Below are positions 53,902 to 63,297 of a stretch of 64,000 nucleotides of DNA, piece by piece. The notes below the pieces were generated by a model. The model saw only the letters and a list, made by a program, of their open reading frames with translations, was not told the origin of the DNA and searched no databases. Positions within the stretch are counted from its first letter, which is position 1. Each line of letters starts with the position of its first letter. This stretch comes from Kaistia sp. (GTDB taxonomy: Bacteria; Pseudomonadota; Alphaproteobacteria; Rhizobiales; Kaistiaceae), in assembly GCA_965229325.1 (NCBI GenBank), contig OZ245873.1:914716-978715 (forward strand). The letters run 5' to 3'. Made by a program: the position numbers and the translations under genes.

Positions 53902-54248
53902 TCGCTGCCCCGACGCCCAAGATCTTCAACGCCGGCGATCTGGCGCGGCCCGCCGGACGGCCCGCGACCGCCGACGATATCGGTCAGCCGGTCGAGTTCT
54001 GGCTTGTCGGCCGGACTGCCGGCGCCAGCGGTCACCTCGTCAACGTCTTCGACGACACGCCGCTGCTCGATTTCGGCGGCCCGGTCGGCGTCGTCGTTGT
54101 CGCGCGGATCGGCCGCTTCGCCATGCCGCTCGACTGCATCTCCGTTCTGCCCGTCGACCCCTCCCCGGCGGGCATCCTGCCGCCGTCCGGCGCGTCCCCC
54201 CGCGCGCCGGACGGCGGATCCTTTTCGGGAGGCGCCCAACATGCTTGA
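53898..54248 (+). CDS. Hypothetical protein
   Basis: ATGA-coupled. Confidence 0.5.
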   Translation: MIAAPTPKIFNAGDLARPAGRPATADDIGQPVEFWLVGRTAGASGHLVNVFDDTPLLDFGGPVGVVVVARIGRFAMPLDCISVLPVDPSPAGILPPSGASPRAPDGGSFSGGAQHA

Positions 54249-54450
54249 CCTTGGTACCGACATCGCCTTCGGGCTTGGCGCCTGGTTCCTTGTCGCCGTC
54301 GCGACCTTCCAGCTGCTCTCGGTTGCCCGCGCCCTCCGCCATCCGGATGGCCTGCCGCTCGACGGTGCGCTCGTTCTCGCCACGACCGGAACCATCACGG
54401 CGCTCGCCGGCGGCCAGGTCTTCCTCGACTTCATCACCAGGAGCTTCTGA
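54241..54450 (+). CDS. Small two-TM protein
   Basis: MLDLGTDIAFGLGAWFLVAV...; GGAGG RBS. Confidence 0.55.
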   Translation: MLDLGTDIAFGLGAWFLVAVATFQLLSVARALRHPDGLPLDGALVLATTGTITALAGGQVFLDFITRSF

Positions 54451-54857
54451 TGAGCGCAGCGGCATTGTCTGCCCCGATGACGACACCGCGCTTCGACGGC
54501 GCCACCGCGTGGGATCGGCTCGACGACGACACCAAGGCGCGGATCGGCGCGGCAGCGCTCGAGGCCGTCATCGCCGAGGTCGGCCACGAGTTGGCATCCG
54601 AAGCCCGCGAGCAGCGAGCCTTCGCCGCGGCATGGGAGCACTGCTCCGGCGTGCTTGCCGACGTCGTCATCGCCGCGCTGCCCGAACTCGACGAGCTCCT
54701 CGCCTCGGACCAGGCCAGCGCCGCCAGCCTTCCGCTGCCCGCATCGCTTGGCGCGGTCTGCCGCCTCTGCGGCTGTTCGCAGAACGACGCCTGCGGTCTC
54801 GGCTGCAGCTGGACCGAGGACGATCTCTGCTCGGCCTGCGACGGAGCGCCGTCGTGA
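54450..54857 (+). CDS. Hypothetical protein with C-terminal Cys-rich finger
   Basis: CRLCGCSQNDAC..GCSW...LCSAC. Confidence 0.7.
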   Translation: MSAAALSAPMTTPRFDGATAWDRLDDDTKARIGAAALEAVIAEVGHELASEAREQRAFAAAWEHCSGVLADVVIAALPELDELLASDQASAASLPLPASLGAVCRLCGCSQNDACGLGCSWTEDDLCSACDGAPS

Positions 54858-55072
54858 CCTTCGAGGAGTTTCACCACCGCCTGAGGATCCTCCTGCGGAT
54901 CGAGCCTGAGGAAGCACGCCAGGCCGGCGCTTTCGACGATCAGGACGCAGGCGCGGCGCGGCGCTTCGAGGCGAACCCCTTCACCTTTTTCATCCGCGCC
55001 GGCGACGCGTCGGCCCGCCGTCTCTGGGCTCTGATCCAGTCGATCGCCGCCGGCAATCGGAGGGCGCCATGA
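54854..55072 (+). CDS. Small hypothetical protein
   Basis: GTGA-coupled; MTFEEFHHRLRILL..NPFTFFIRA. Confidence 0.55.
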   Translation: MTFEEFHHRLRILLRIEPEEARQAGAFDDQDAGAARRFEANPFTFFIRAGDASARRLWALIQSIAAGNRRAP

Positions 55073-55281
55073 CGGTGGCCGCGCCCTTCGCCGCGGTGCT
55101 CGCCGCCGGCGCGGCCGGCGTCGCCTGCGTCGTCCTCGGCGTGACGCTGCTCGCGATGCAGGCCGGCGTGATCATCTCCGGCGACGCCGCACGAAACCCC
55201 GCTTTCACCCTCGTGAAGTCGGTCTGCGGCATCGCGCTCGCGACGCTCGGCTTCGAGATCCTGATCCTCATCCATCCCTGA
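55069..55281 (+). CDS. Small two-TM protein
   Basis: Two hydrophobic helices; coupled. Confidence 0.5.
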   Translation: MTVAAPFAAVLAAGAAGVACVVLGVTLLAMQAGVIISGDAARNPAFTLVKSVCGIALATLGFEILILIHP

Positions 55282-55293
55282 CAGGAGGCCTTT

Positions 55294-55671
55294 ATGGGCA
55301 ACGGAAAAGTTCCACAGCCGGTCGACGTCATCGTCGGCAGCAGGGTGCGCCAGCAGCGCATGAAACTGGGCATGAGCCAGGAGAAGCTCGGCGAGGCGCT
55401 CGGCATCTCGTTTCAGCAGATCCAGAAATACGAGAAGGGCACCAACCGCATCGGCGCGAGCAGGCTGTCCCAGATCGCCGCGGCGCTCGGTATCGCCCCG
55501 GCGGCACTCTTTCCCGACACGGACGCGCCGGCGGCCGTCGAGATGCCGGTGTTCGACGCGTTGACGATCCGCGTCGCCAACAACTTCGCCCGGATCGGGA
55601 ACCAGCAGCTGCGTCGTTCGCTCGCCGGCGCGATCGCCGCGGCGGCGCATGTCGCCGAGGAGGCCGCCTGA
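55294..55671 (+). CDS. XRE-family HTH regulator
   Basis: VDVIVGSRVRQQRMKLGMSQEKLGEALGISFQQIQKYEKGTNRIGASRL. Confidence 0.92.
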   Translation: MGNGKVPQPVDVIVGSRVRQQRMKLGMSQEKLGEALGISFQQIQKYEKGTNRIGASRLSQIAAALGIAPAALFPDTDAPAAVEMPVFDALTIRVANNFARIGNQQLRRSLAGAIAAAAHVAEEAA

Positions 55672-55672
55672 G

Positions 55673-57421
55673 ATGGCCTCGCTCGTCCTTGCCCTTTCCG
55701 CCCTGCGCTTCGGCCATGAAGCCGAGCCGCCGATCAATGTTCGCCAGGTCGGCCGCGACAGCGACATCCCGGCCCTCGCCGGCTCGATCCTCGCGCATGG
55801 CCTGATCCAGCATCTTGAGGTGCAGGAGCGAGACGGCATCTACTTCGTCGCCGACGGCAATCGCCGGCTGGCGGCGCTGCAGTTGCTGCAGCGGCAGGAT
55901 GCCATTCCCGCCGATCACCCCGTCCAGTGCGACGAGGTCGACCCAGCCGCGGATCCGGTCGAGATCTCGCTTGCCTCGAACGTCATGCGGACGGCGCTTC
56001 ATCCGGCCGACGAATATGTCGCCTTCAGCGATCTCGCTGCTCACGGGCTCAGCGAGGCCGGGATCGCGTCGCGCTTCGGCATCGAACTTCCGCGCGTCCG
56101 CCGCATGCTTGCCCTCGGTCGGCTGGCGCCCGGCGTCATCGAAGCCTGGCGATCGGGAGCCTTCGAGCATCGGGGGCTGGAGGACGTCGCCGCGTTCTCG
56201 CTCGCTCCGTCGATCGAGGAGCAGGAACGCGTTCTCGCCCTCCTGCTGCGCACGCGCAATCTCTACGCCCACACCATTCGCCAAGCGCTGGGCGCCAGCG
56301 ACGCCGCGGCTCTCTCCAACCTCAAGCTCGTCGGGAAGGAAGCCTATCTCGCCGCCGGCGGGACGATGATCGAGGACCTCTTCGGCGACCATCACGTCAT
56401 CGGCGACACCGCGCTTCTCCAGGAGCTTGCCGCCGATACGGTCAAGGCTGAACTCGAGCGGCTGCGCGCCGACGGCTGGAGCTGGGCCGAACCTGAATGG
56501 GAACTGCCGAACGGCGCCCGCTACAGCTGGGCGACCGCGCCGTCCGGGACGGTGAGCGGGAGGAAGGCCGAGAAGGCGCGGCGCGACGAACTGCAGGAGA
56601 AAACCAACGCGCGCGGCGCCACCGAGGAAGAGCGCTCCGAGCTTGCGGCGCTGAAGAGCGAGCTTGAGCTGGCGGCCTTTTCGAAGGCGGCAAAGGCGAC
56701 GTCCGGCGTCATCATCTCCCTGCAGAGCGGCCGGCTCGTCCTCACCCCCGGCAAGCAGAAGCCGAGCGGCAAGGTCCGCGCTGCGAAGGCCGACACGGGC
56801 GACGGCGACGAGGCAGCCGCCGAACCGTCGATCTCGAACGCTTTGCACGAACGGCTGTCGATCCAGCTCACCCTCGCCGTTCGCAAGGCCCTCGAGAACG
56901 AACCGACCGTCGGAATCTCGGCGCTTCTGGCCGGCTTCCTTTGCTCCGAGCATGCATCGCCCATCCGGGTACGGCTGAACGGCCATGGCACCGAGGTCTA
57001 TCAAGACCGGGAAGCCTATGAGGCCGCCTTTGCTCGCGTGCTCGCCATGTCGGACGGAGATCGTCTGGCGCTCGCGGCCGGACTCGCGGGCCAGGCCGTC
57101 GACATGGTGCGGACGATCACGGTCCAGAAGCCGCTGGCCGACCCTGGCATTGCCCTCCTGACCGCGCGCATGGATGGCTTCGGCCTCGAGGGGGCCATCG
57201 CTGCCGCGTTCGATGCCGAGGACTATTTCAAGAGCGTCTCGCGGCCGGTCCTTCTCCGTGCCCTCGCCGAGGCGGGGCTTGCCGGCGAAGGCGATCGCAA
57301 GGCCGCGAAGATGCCGAAACCCGAACTGGTGGCCTTCGCAGAGGCGAACCTGCCCCAGCGGGGCTGGCTGCCGCCGGAGCTCCGGACCGTCCACTACGCC
57401 GGACCCGGGAGGCAGGCATGA
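55673..57421 (+). CDS. Large ParB/RepB/Spo0J-family protein
   Basis: LAGSILAHGLIQ.L.V, VADGNRRLAAL, SNVMRTALHPADE, HTH, LALGRLAP. Confidence 0.85.
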   Translation: MASLVLALSALRFGHEAEPPINVRQVGRDSDIPALAGSILAHGLIQHLEVQERDGIYFVADGNRRLAALQLLQRQDAIPADHPVQCDEVDPAADPVEISLASNVMRTALHPADEYVAFSDLAAHGLSEAGIASRFGIELPRVRRMLALGRLAPGVIEAWRSGAFEHRGLEDVAAFSLAPSIEEQERVLALLLRTRNLYAHTIRQALGASDAAALSNLKLVGKEAYLAAGGTMIEDLFGDHHVIGDTALLQELAADTVKAELERLRADGWSWAEPEWELPNGARYSWATAPSGTVSGRKAEKARRDELQEKTNARGATEEERSELAALKSELELAAFSKAAKATSGVIISLQSGRLVLTPGKQKPSGKVRAAKADTGDGDEAAAEPSISNALHERLSIQLTLAVRKALENEPTVGISALLAGFLCSEHASPIRVRLNGHGTEVYQDREAYEAAFARVLAMSDGDRLALAAGLAGQAVDMVRTITVQKPLADPGIALLTARMDGFGLEGAIAAAFDAEDYFKSVSRPVLLRALAEAGLAGEGDRKAAKMPKPELVAFAEANLPQRGWLPPELRTVHYAGPGRQA

Positions 57422-57449
57422 GCACCGTAACCGCACAACTTCAAGATGC

Positions 57450-57462
57450 GGGGGGGGGGGGG
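57450..57462 (+). repeat. G13 homopolymer
   Basis: 13 consecutive G between ATG 57418 and ATG 57467 (length consistent with both ORF translations). Confidence 0.9.
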
Positions 57463-57466
57463 CGGG

Positions 57467-58303
57467 ATGAGCCGTTTCCGCGCGATCGAGCAGCCGAAGG
57501 TCGACGAGGGGCACCCTGCCCGGCTGTCGGCCGGGCCTCCGCCGCAGCTGGACTGGATCCGGATCGAACGGCTCGTCGTCGCGGAAGCATATCAGCGGCC
57601 GATCACCTCGGCCGGTCGACTGAACGTCCGCCGCATTGCCGACCGCTTTCAGTGGTCGCGCTTCTCGCCCGTGATCGTCGCGCCGGTGGAAGGCGGTCTC
57701 TTCGCAATCATCGACGGTCAGCACCGCACGACGGCCGCGGCGATGATCGGCATCGAATCCGTGCCCTGCCAGATCGTCCTGGCGACGCCTGGCGAGCAGG
57801 CCGAGGCCTTCACCGCGATCAACGGCGCGGTCACGCGCGTGACACGGCTGGCTCTGCACCGCGCCGCGGTGGCGGCAGGCGACAGCGACGCGAAGCTGAT
57901 CGCCGACACGACACGGCGCGCCGGCGTGACCGTGCTCGCCTATCCGAAATCGGAGCTCAACCAGGAGCCCTGCGAGACGATGGCGATCGGCGCCCTCTCC
58001 GACGCGCTGCGCAACTACGGCGCGGCGCCGGTCGAGACCGCATTGCGCTGCATCGTGAACACGCGCAACCGCGTGCGCGGCGGCCTGTCGGCACCGATCG
58101 TGGCGGCCGTCTGCGCCTTTGCCGCGCGGCGGCTCGCGCGCGGCATCGAAGAGAAGGCGCTGCTGGCCTTCTTCGAGGACGTGATCCTGATCCGCGAGGC
58201 GGACAAGGCCCGCATGGCCGAGCGCGAGAAGGGCGTGGCCGTCTGGACCGTCCTGGTCGAGCGGCTCGAAGAGCGCTGGGCGTCGAAACGGCTTGGAGCG
58301 TGA
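57467..58303 (+). CDS. ParB/Srx N-terminal-domain protein
   Basis: YQRPIT, FQWSRFSPVIVAP, AIIDGQHRTTAA. Confidence 0.8.
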   Translation: MSRFRAIEQPKVDEGHPARLSAGPPPQLDWIRIERLVVAEAYQRPITSAGRLNVRRIADRFQWSRFSPVIVAPVEGGLFAIIDGQHRTTAAAMIGIESVPCQIVLATPGEQAEAFTAINGAVTRVTRLALHRAAVAAGDSDAKLIADTTRRAGVTVLAYPKSELNQEPCETMAIGALSDALRNYGAAPVETALRCIVNTRNRVRGGLSAPIVAAVCAFAARRLARGIEEKALLAFFEDVILIREADKARMAEREKGVAVWTVLVERLEERWASKRLGA

Positions 58304-58304
58304 A

Positions 58305-58616
58305 ATGACCCAACAAGGACCAGCCGAGGAACTGAGGGCGGCCGGTGCCGCCATCGCGGTGGCGCTCGCGCTGCTGGAACCGCACCGGAACCTCTTCGAG
58401 CGTTTCGAGGACGAGGCGCGGAACCTCTTGAGCTTCGGCCACATCATCGACCCAACGCTGTTCAAGCGAGCGACGAGCGAGCCCTGGCGCGAGACCTATG
58501 GGGAGATCCTCGGCTCCGCGCATCGCTTCCTGAAGGACGCCGGCAGCCATCGCGAAGTGCTCGAGCAGCAGCTGGCTGCAATGGGCCACGAGAAAGGGGG
58601 AGCCGATGTCGGCTGA
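58305..58616 (+). CDS. Hypothetical protein
   Basis: GGAG RBS; in operon. Confidence 0.55.
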   Translation: MTQQGPAEELRAAGAAIAVALALLEPHRNLFERFEDEARNLLSFGHIIDPTLFKRATSEPWRETYGEILGSAHRFLKDAGSHREVLEQQLAAMGHEKGGADVG

Positions 58617-59049
58617 AATCAAGCGCATCACGGTCGCGGAGCTTCACGAGGCGTTCAAGGCGCAGGGCGTCGGAGCGCGCGAGGACGTGGCGGTCAAATG
58701 CCCGATCTGCGGCACGGTTCAGTCGCTCCGCATGCTGCAATTGGTCGGCGTCGGCAAGACGGCCGACGAAGCAGAGCGCTACCTCGGCTTCTCCTGCGTC
58801 GGGAGGTGGACCGGTGCCGGCCCGTTCAAGAAGAATGGTCCGCCCGCCGTCGGCTGCGACTGGACGCTCGGCGGCCTCTTCCAGCTGCATCGGCTGATCG
58901 TGGTCGACGGGCTCGGCGACCCGCATCCGTATTTCGACATCGCCTCGCCCGAAGAGGCGCAGGCGCTGGCGGCGCAGATGGCGGAACGTTCGCCGCTGGC
59001 CGCCAAGCCGTTGCCGACGCCGGCGAGCGAGGCCGCGCACCATGGCTGA
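58606..59049 (+). CDS. VVA0879-like Cys-rich protein
   Basis: KCPICGTVQS, GFSCVGRW, GCDWTLGGLF. Confidence 0.75.
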   Translation: MSAEIKRITVAELHEAFKAQGVGAREDVAVKCPICGTVQSLRMLQLVGVGKTADEAERYLGFSCVGRWTGAGPFKKNGPPAVGCDWTLGGLFQLHRLIVVDGLGDPHPYFDIASPEEAQALAAQMAERSPLAAKPLPTPASEAAHHG

Positions 59050-60220
59050 AACCTCCTCGATCGAATGGACCGACGCGACCTGGAACCTCATTACGGGCTG
59101 TTCAGTCATCTCGCCGGGCTGCACGAACTGCTACGCGATGCAGCTTGCCGGCACGCGGCTGAAGCACCTTCCCTCGCGCGTCGGCCTGACGCGCGAGACC
59201 AAGGGCGGCCCCGTCTGGACCGGCGAGGTGCGCTTCAACGAGCAGTGGCTGATGCAGCCGCTGCAGTGGCGGCGGCCGCGCAACATCTTCGTCTGTGCCC
59301 ATGGCGATCTCTTCCACGAGAGCGTGCCAGACGCCTGGATCGACCGGGTTTTTGCAGTCGCGGCTTTGGCACCGCAACACACGATGCAGGTGCTCACCAA
59401 GCGCGCGGCGCGGATGCGCGCCTATATGACAGCGCCGGGCGTGGCGCGCCGGATCTACGAGCTGGCATGCGAAATGGTGCTCGACCAAGGCATCAAGGTC
59501 GTGCTGATCGCTCCTGGAATGAACCCGGCGCTAGCGCCGCCCGGCCCGCGCATCTTTCTCGACACATGGCCGCTCCCCAATGTCTGGCTCGGCGTCTCGA
59601 CCGAGGACCAGCGGCGCGCCGATGAGCGCGTGCCGGATCTGCTCGAGACGCCGGCGGCGGTGCGCTTCGTGAGCGCCGAGCCACTGCTCGGGCCGATCAA
59701 CTTTCGCTCGATCGACATCAGTGGCGATGAAGAAATCCTGCCGCTCGGTGCGGCTTGGCTTGATCGACTTGAGGTCGGCGAAGTCGAGGGCACCCGCCTC
59801 GACTGGATCATCGTCGGCGGCGAGAGCGGCAAGGGCGCGCGACCGATGCATCCCGATTGGTCGCGGTCGATCCGCGACCAGTGCACCGCCGCCGGCGTCC
59901 CGTTCTTCTTCAAGCAATGGGGTAGCTGGCTTCCAATTTGCGAGATGGTCGACGGCGGAAGCGACGAGCTCTATGAGCCGCCGCCCGTCGAGCGTCCTGA
60001 TGCGCGCCGCCGCTGCAAGGTGCCGGCGCTGATACTCGATCGCGACGGGGCTCGCTTTGACATGGACGCGTGGTCTCGCGTCGTGCGCCGCTCGGTCGAA
60101 GGCCGTAGCGAGTTTCAGCAGGGCTTCGGCTCCATGACCATGTTCGAAGTCGGCAAGAAGGCCGCTGGCCGCCTTCTCGACGGCGCCGAGCACAACGCCT
60201 TTCCGAGGGCTTCGGCATGA
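59042..60220 (+). CDS. DUF5131 / phage Gp37-Gp68 family (radical-SAM-like)
   Basis: SSIEWTDATWN.ITGCS.ISPGCTNCYA, DLFHE, QVLTKR, NVWLGVSTEDQ, SAEPLLGP, WIIVGGESG, FFFKQWG. Confidence 0.92.
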   Translation: MAETSSIEWTDATWNLITGCSVISPGCTNCYAMQLAGTRLKHLPSRVGLTRETKGGPVWTGEVRFNEQWLMQPLQWRRPRNIFVCAHGDLFHESVPDAWIDRVFAVAALAPQHTMQVLTKRAARMRAYMTAPGVARRIYELACEMVLDQGIKVVLIAPGMNPALAPPGPRIFLDTWPLPNVWLGVSTEDQRRADERVPDLLETPAAVRFVSAEPLLGPINFRSIDISGDEEILPLGAAWLDRLEVGEVEGTRLDWIIVGGESGKGARPMHPDWSRSIRDQCTAAGVPFFFKQWGSWLPICEMVDGGSDELYEPPPVERPDARRRCKVPALILDRDGARFDMDAWSRVVRRSVEGRSEFQQGFGSMTMFEVGKKAAGRLLDGAEHNAFPRASA

Positions 60221-60522
60221 GCGCCGCTCGCCTCACGACCCGCCATCTCTCGGGCCGCAGCGCGCCGCCCTGCCCGCATTGCGGCGCGGCGATGGACGCC
60301 GCGACGGTGACCCTCGAGGCGCTCGTCGAGGCGTTGCCGCTGGTCGCGTTCGTCGCGACCGACCTCGACGGCTATGCCTTGACGGCGACCCTGCACGGGA
60401 CGCTCAGCGTCGACTGCCCGTCCTGCCTGAAGCCGTCCGCCTTCGCGCTCGACCGCCGCATCGCCAAGCTCATCGCGATGCGCACGCCGGCCGATGAGCG
60501 CCTGATCAGAGGCAGCGCATGA
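60217..60522 (+). CDS. Small Zn-ribbon protein
   Basis: CPHCG and CPSC. Confidence 0.6.
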   Translation: MSAARLTTRHLSGRSAPPCPHCGAAMDAATVTLEALVEALPLVAFVATDLDGYALTATLHGTLSVDCPSCLKPSAFALDRRIAKLIAMRTPADERLIRGSA

Positions 60523-61058
60523 CGATGATCCTCGAAACCATGGAGAAGCGCGTCTGCGTTCGGCGCCAGGCCGGACGGGATGCCCTGATTATCTCGCGGA
60601 CGATGGCCGGCGAGCTGCCGGAGCAGATCGCGCGCGATCTCCTGCTGTCGCTTGCCGCCGTGCGGTCGGTCCTCAGCCGCGCCAGGGAGCGCGGCGTTGC
60701 GGTGCCGTCGGTGTCCGAGATCCGGAAGGCGCGCGACGCGAAGATGGTCGAATGGGCGTGCGGCGGCATGCAGCCGAAGGTGATCGCCGAGCGGCTTGCC
60801 ATCGAGCCGTCGGAAGTGTCTTCCCGGCTGGCCGAGCTGCGGAAGGAAGACCAGAGCATCCCTAAGCTCCCGTGCGGCAAGCCCAGGAAGGCCCCGGCCA
60901 GCCCCGCGGCTCCAGTCTTGCCAGAGCCCGAGATCGTCGAGCGCGTCATGGACCTCAAGGGGCGTGGGTTCCGCGCCACCGGCATCGCCGCCCGGCTGCG
61001 GCTTCCCTACGCCGTCGTCAACGCAGCGATGGACCAGCGTGCGGAGCCGGCAGAGTGA
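60519..61058 (+). CDS. Protein with tandem HTH-like segments
   Basis: PKVIAERLAIEPSEVSSRL and ATGIAARLRLPYAVV. Confidence 0.55.
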   Translation: MTMILETMEKRVCVRRQAGRDALIISRTMAGELPEQIARDLLLSLAAVRSVLSRARERGVAVPSVSEIRKARDAKMVEWACGGMQPKVIAERLAIEPSEVSSRLAELRKEDQSIPKLPCGKPRKAPASPAAPVLPEPEIVERVMDLKGRGFRATGIAARLRLPYAVVNAAMDQRAEPAE

Positions 61059-61582
61059 CCATCGGCGACGCACCCAAGTCCTATGCGCTCGCCATCGCTG
61101 CCATGCGCGAGAAGGGCATCCGGGCCGGCACGATCGCGCCGCGCGCTGGCGACGTCCTCGAGGCGCAGTGGGCCGCCGAAGGCGTGGTGGCCGACCGCGA
61201 TCTGGCCGCGGTGAAGCATCCGGCGCATGGCGTCGGCCTGCTGGACCTCCGGCAGATGATCGAGCAGACGCGCGTCGATCTTTCGACGGAGAAGGCGGCG
61301 CAGCGCGACCTTGAGGAGATGCTGACGGGCCGTGGCGTCGCGTTCGATCGCGAGGCGCGCCTCAACGATGCCGATGTGCCCGACTTCCTCGTCGCCGGCG
61401 GCATCGTCATCGAGGTGAAGATCGGTGGCTCGGCGCCGAGCATCTATCGCCAGCTCAAGCGCTATGCGGCGCATGAAACGGTCACCGCGCTGCTGCTGGT
61501 CACCGCGGTGGCGATGAGCCTGCCGAGCCAGATTGAGGGCAAGGCCACCGCCATCGCGCGCCTGGGGGTGTCATGGGTCTGA
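61055..61582 (+). CDS. PD-(D/E)XK nuclease-like protein
   Basis: VPDFLV.GGIVIEVKIG and RQLKRYA. Confidence 0.75.
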   Translation: MTIGDAPKSYALAIAAMREKGIRAGTIAPRAGDVLEAQWAAEGVVADRDLAAVKHPAHGVGLLDLRQMIEQTRVDLSTEKAAQRDLEEMLTGRGVAFDREARLNDADVPDFLVAGGIVIEVKIGGSAPSIYRQLKRYAAHETVTALLLVTAVAMSLPSQIEGKATAIARLGVSWV

Positions 61583-63297
61583 TCCTCACGACGGAGGCGG
61601 CGCGCGCCATGGGCGCGCTTCGGCGAGACGGCCAGCGGTGGATCATCGACCGCGCCGAGCCGCACGTCTCCATCCGGCTCAAGCAACTGTTCCCGCGCAT
61701 TCCGAAGACGGCCGTGCCGCCTTTCGCGCTGCCGGGCGATCCGCTCACCTGCGCCGACATCGACTGGTTCACCAGCCGCTATGCCTTCGAGATGGACGCG
61801 CGCGATCTCGACGACCTTCGGGCCGGCCGCGACCTCTTCCATTCGAATTCGGCCGATCTCGATCGGATCCTGCTGCCCGACTGGCAGCCGCCGGCCGGCG
61901 GCGCCGGCCTGCGCGATGGCCAGACGGGCCGCCCCTACCAGCATCAGGCCGTCGAAATCGTCATGCGGCGCGGCTCGCTGCTGCTCGGCGACGTCGGCGG
62001 CCTCGGCAAGACCTATGTCGGCGGCCTGCTCTGCGTCCGCCCGAATGTCCTGCCGGCGGCGATCGTGGTCGAAGCGCACCTTCAGCAGCAGTGGAAGGAG
62101 AAGCTCGAGTCCTTCACGACGCTGCGCGTCTATTGCGTGAAGTCGACCCAGCCGCAGAAGGAGAAGCTGCCGCCGGCGGATGTCTATATCTGGCGCTACA
62201 GCCAGGTGGCGGGCTGGGTTTCGGTGTTCGCGGATCTCGGACTGCCGACAGTCATCTTCGACGAGATCCAGAAGCTGCGCACCGGCATCACGTCGCAGAT
62301 GGGCCAGGCCTGCCGCCAGCTTTCCATGATGGCGCAGCGCCGCCTCGGCCTGACCGGCAGCCCCATCTACAACTATGGCGCTGAAATCTTCGAGGTGCTG
62401 CAATTCCTCGACGGCCTCGTCCTCGGCAGCCGTGAGGATTTCCTGCGCGAATGGACCAAGGACGGCAAGCACCTGTCCGACCCGAAGGCGCTCGGCACCT
62501 ATCTGCGCGAGCAGCATGTCTATCTGCGGCGGACCAAGGAAGACGTCGGCCAGCAGATGCCGCCGGTCAACCGCGTCGTGCAGACGGTCGAGCACAATCA
62601 GTCCGATCTCGACGCGATCGAGGACGTCATCCGCAAGCTGGCGACGCAGGTCGCCTTCGGCAGCTTCGTCGAGCGCGGTGACGCCGCGCGCGAGCTGGAC
62701 TGGCGCCTGCGGCATGCGACGGGCATCGCCAAGGCGCGGAGCGTCGCGGCCTATGTCCGCCTGCTGCTCGAGAACGATCAGCCGGTGCTGCTCGCCGGCT
62801 GGCACCACGACGTCTACGACATCTGGCGGCACGAGCTCGCCGACTTCAATCCCGTCTTCTACACCGGCAAAGAGACGCCGGCGCAGAAGGAGCGCGCGAA
62901 GAAGGCCGCGATGGCCGGCGAGACGAACCTCGTCATCATCTCGCTGCGCTCCGGCGCCGGCCTCGACGGCTTGCAGGCGCGTTTCGCGGACGTGGTCATC
63001 GGCGAGCTCGACTGGGCGCCGGGCGTTCACCAGCAGCTTATCTGGCGCCTCGAGCGCGAAGGGCAGGAACAGCCCGTCACGGCCCACTTCCTGGTGTCCG
63101 ACGACGGCTCCGATCCTGTCCTGATCTCCCGGATCGGCATCAAGTCGAGCGAGGCGCGCGGCGTGAACGATCCGCATCTCGGCGTCGAGACCGTCCAGAG
63201 CGACCTCACCAACATTCAGGCGCTGGCGCGCCGCTACCTCACGAAGGCGCAGTTGCGCGCCCTCGACGAGGCCGAGAAGCAGGAAGAGCCCGCATGA
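61573..63297 (+). CDS. SNF2-related helicase
   Basis: LLGDVGGLGKT, IFDEIQKL, LGLTGSP, LRRTKEDV, SLRSGAGLDGLQ, Q...RL.R.GQ. Confidence 0.9.
   Translation: MGLILTTEAARAMGALRRDGQRWIIDRAEPHVSIRLKQLFPRIPKTAVPPFALPGDPLTCADIDWFTSRYAFEMDARDLDDLRAGRDLFHSNSADLDRILLPDWQPPAGGAGLRDGQTGRPYQHQAVEIVMRRGSLLLGDVGGLGKTYVGGLLCVRPNVLPAAIVVEAHLQQQWKEKLESFTTLRVYCVKSTQPQKEKLPPADVYIWRYSQVAGWVSVFADLGLPTVIFDEIQKLRTGITSQMGQACRQLSMMAQRRLGLTGSPIYNYGAEIFEVLQFLDGLVLGSREDFLREWTKDGKHLSDPKALGTYLREQHVYLRRTKEDVGQQMPPVNRVVQTVEHNQSDLDAIEDVIRKLATQVAFGSFVERGDAARELDWRLRHATGIAKARSVAAYVRLLLENDQPVLLAGWHHDVYDIWRHELADFNPVFYTGKETPAQKERAKKAAMAGETNLVIISLRSGAGLDGLQARFADVVIGELDWAPGVHQQLIWRLEREGQEQPVTAHFLVSDDGSDPVLISRIGIKSSEARGVNDPHLGVETVQSDLTNIQALARRYLTKAQLRALDEAEKQEEPA

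Noticed and set aside
55328-58465. 1045-aa minus-strand ORF
   Set aside because: Antisense shadow of the XRE and ParB genes in high-GC DNA; no motifs
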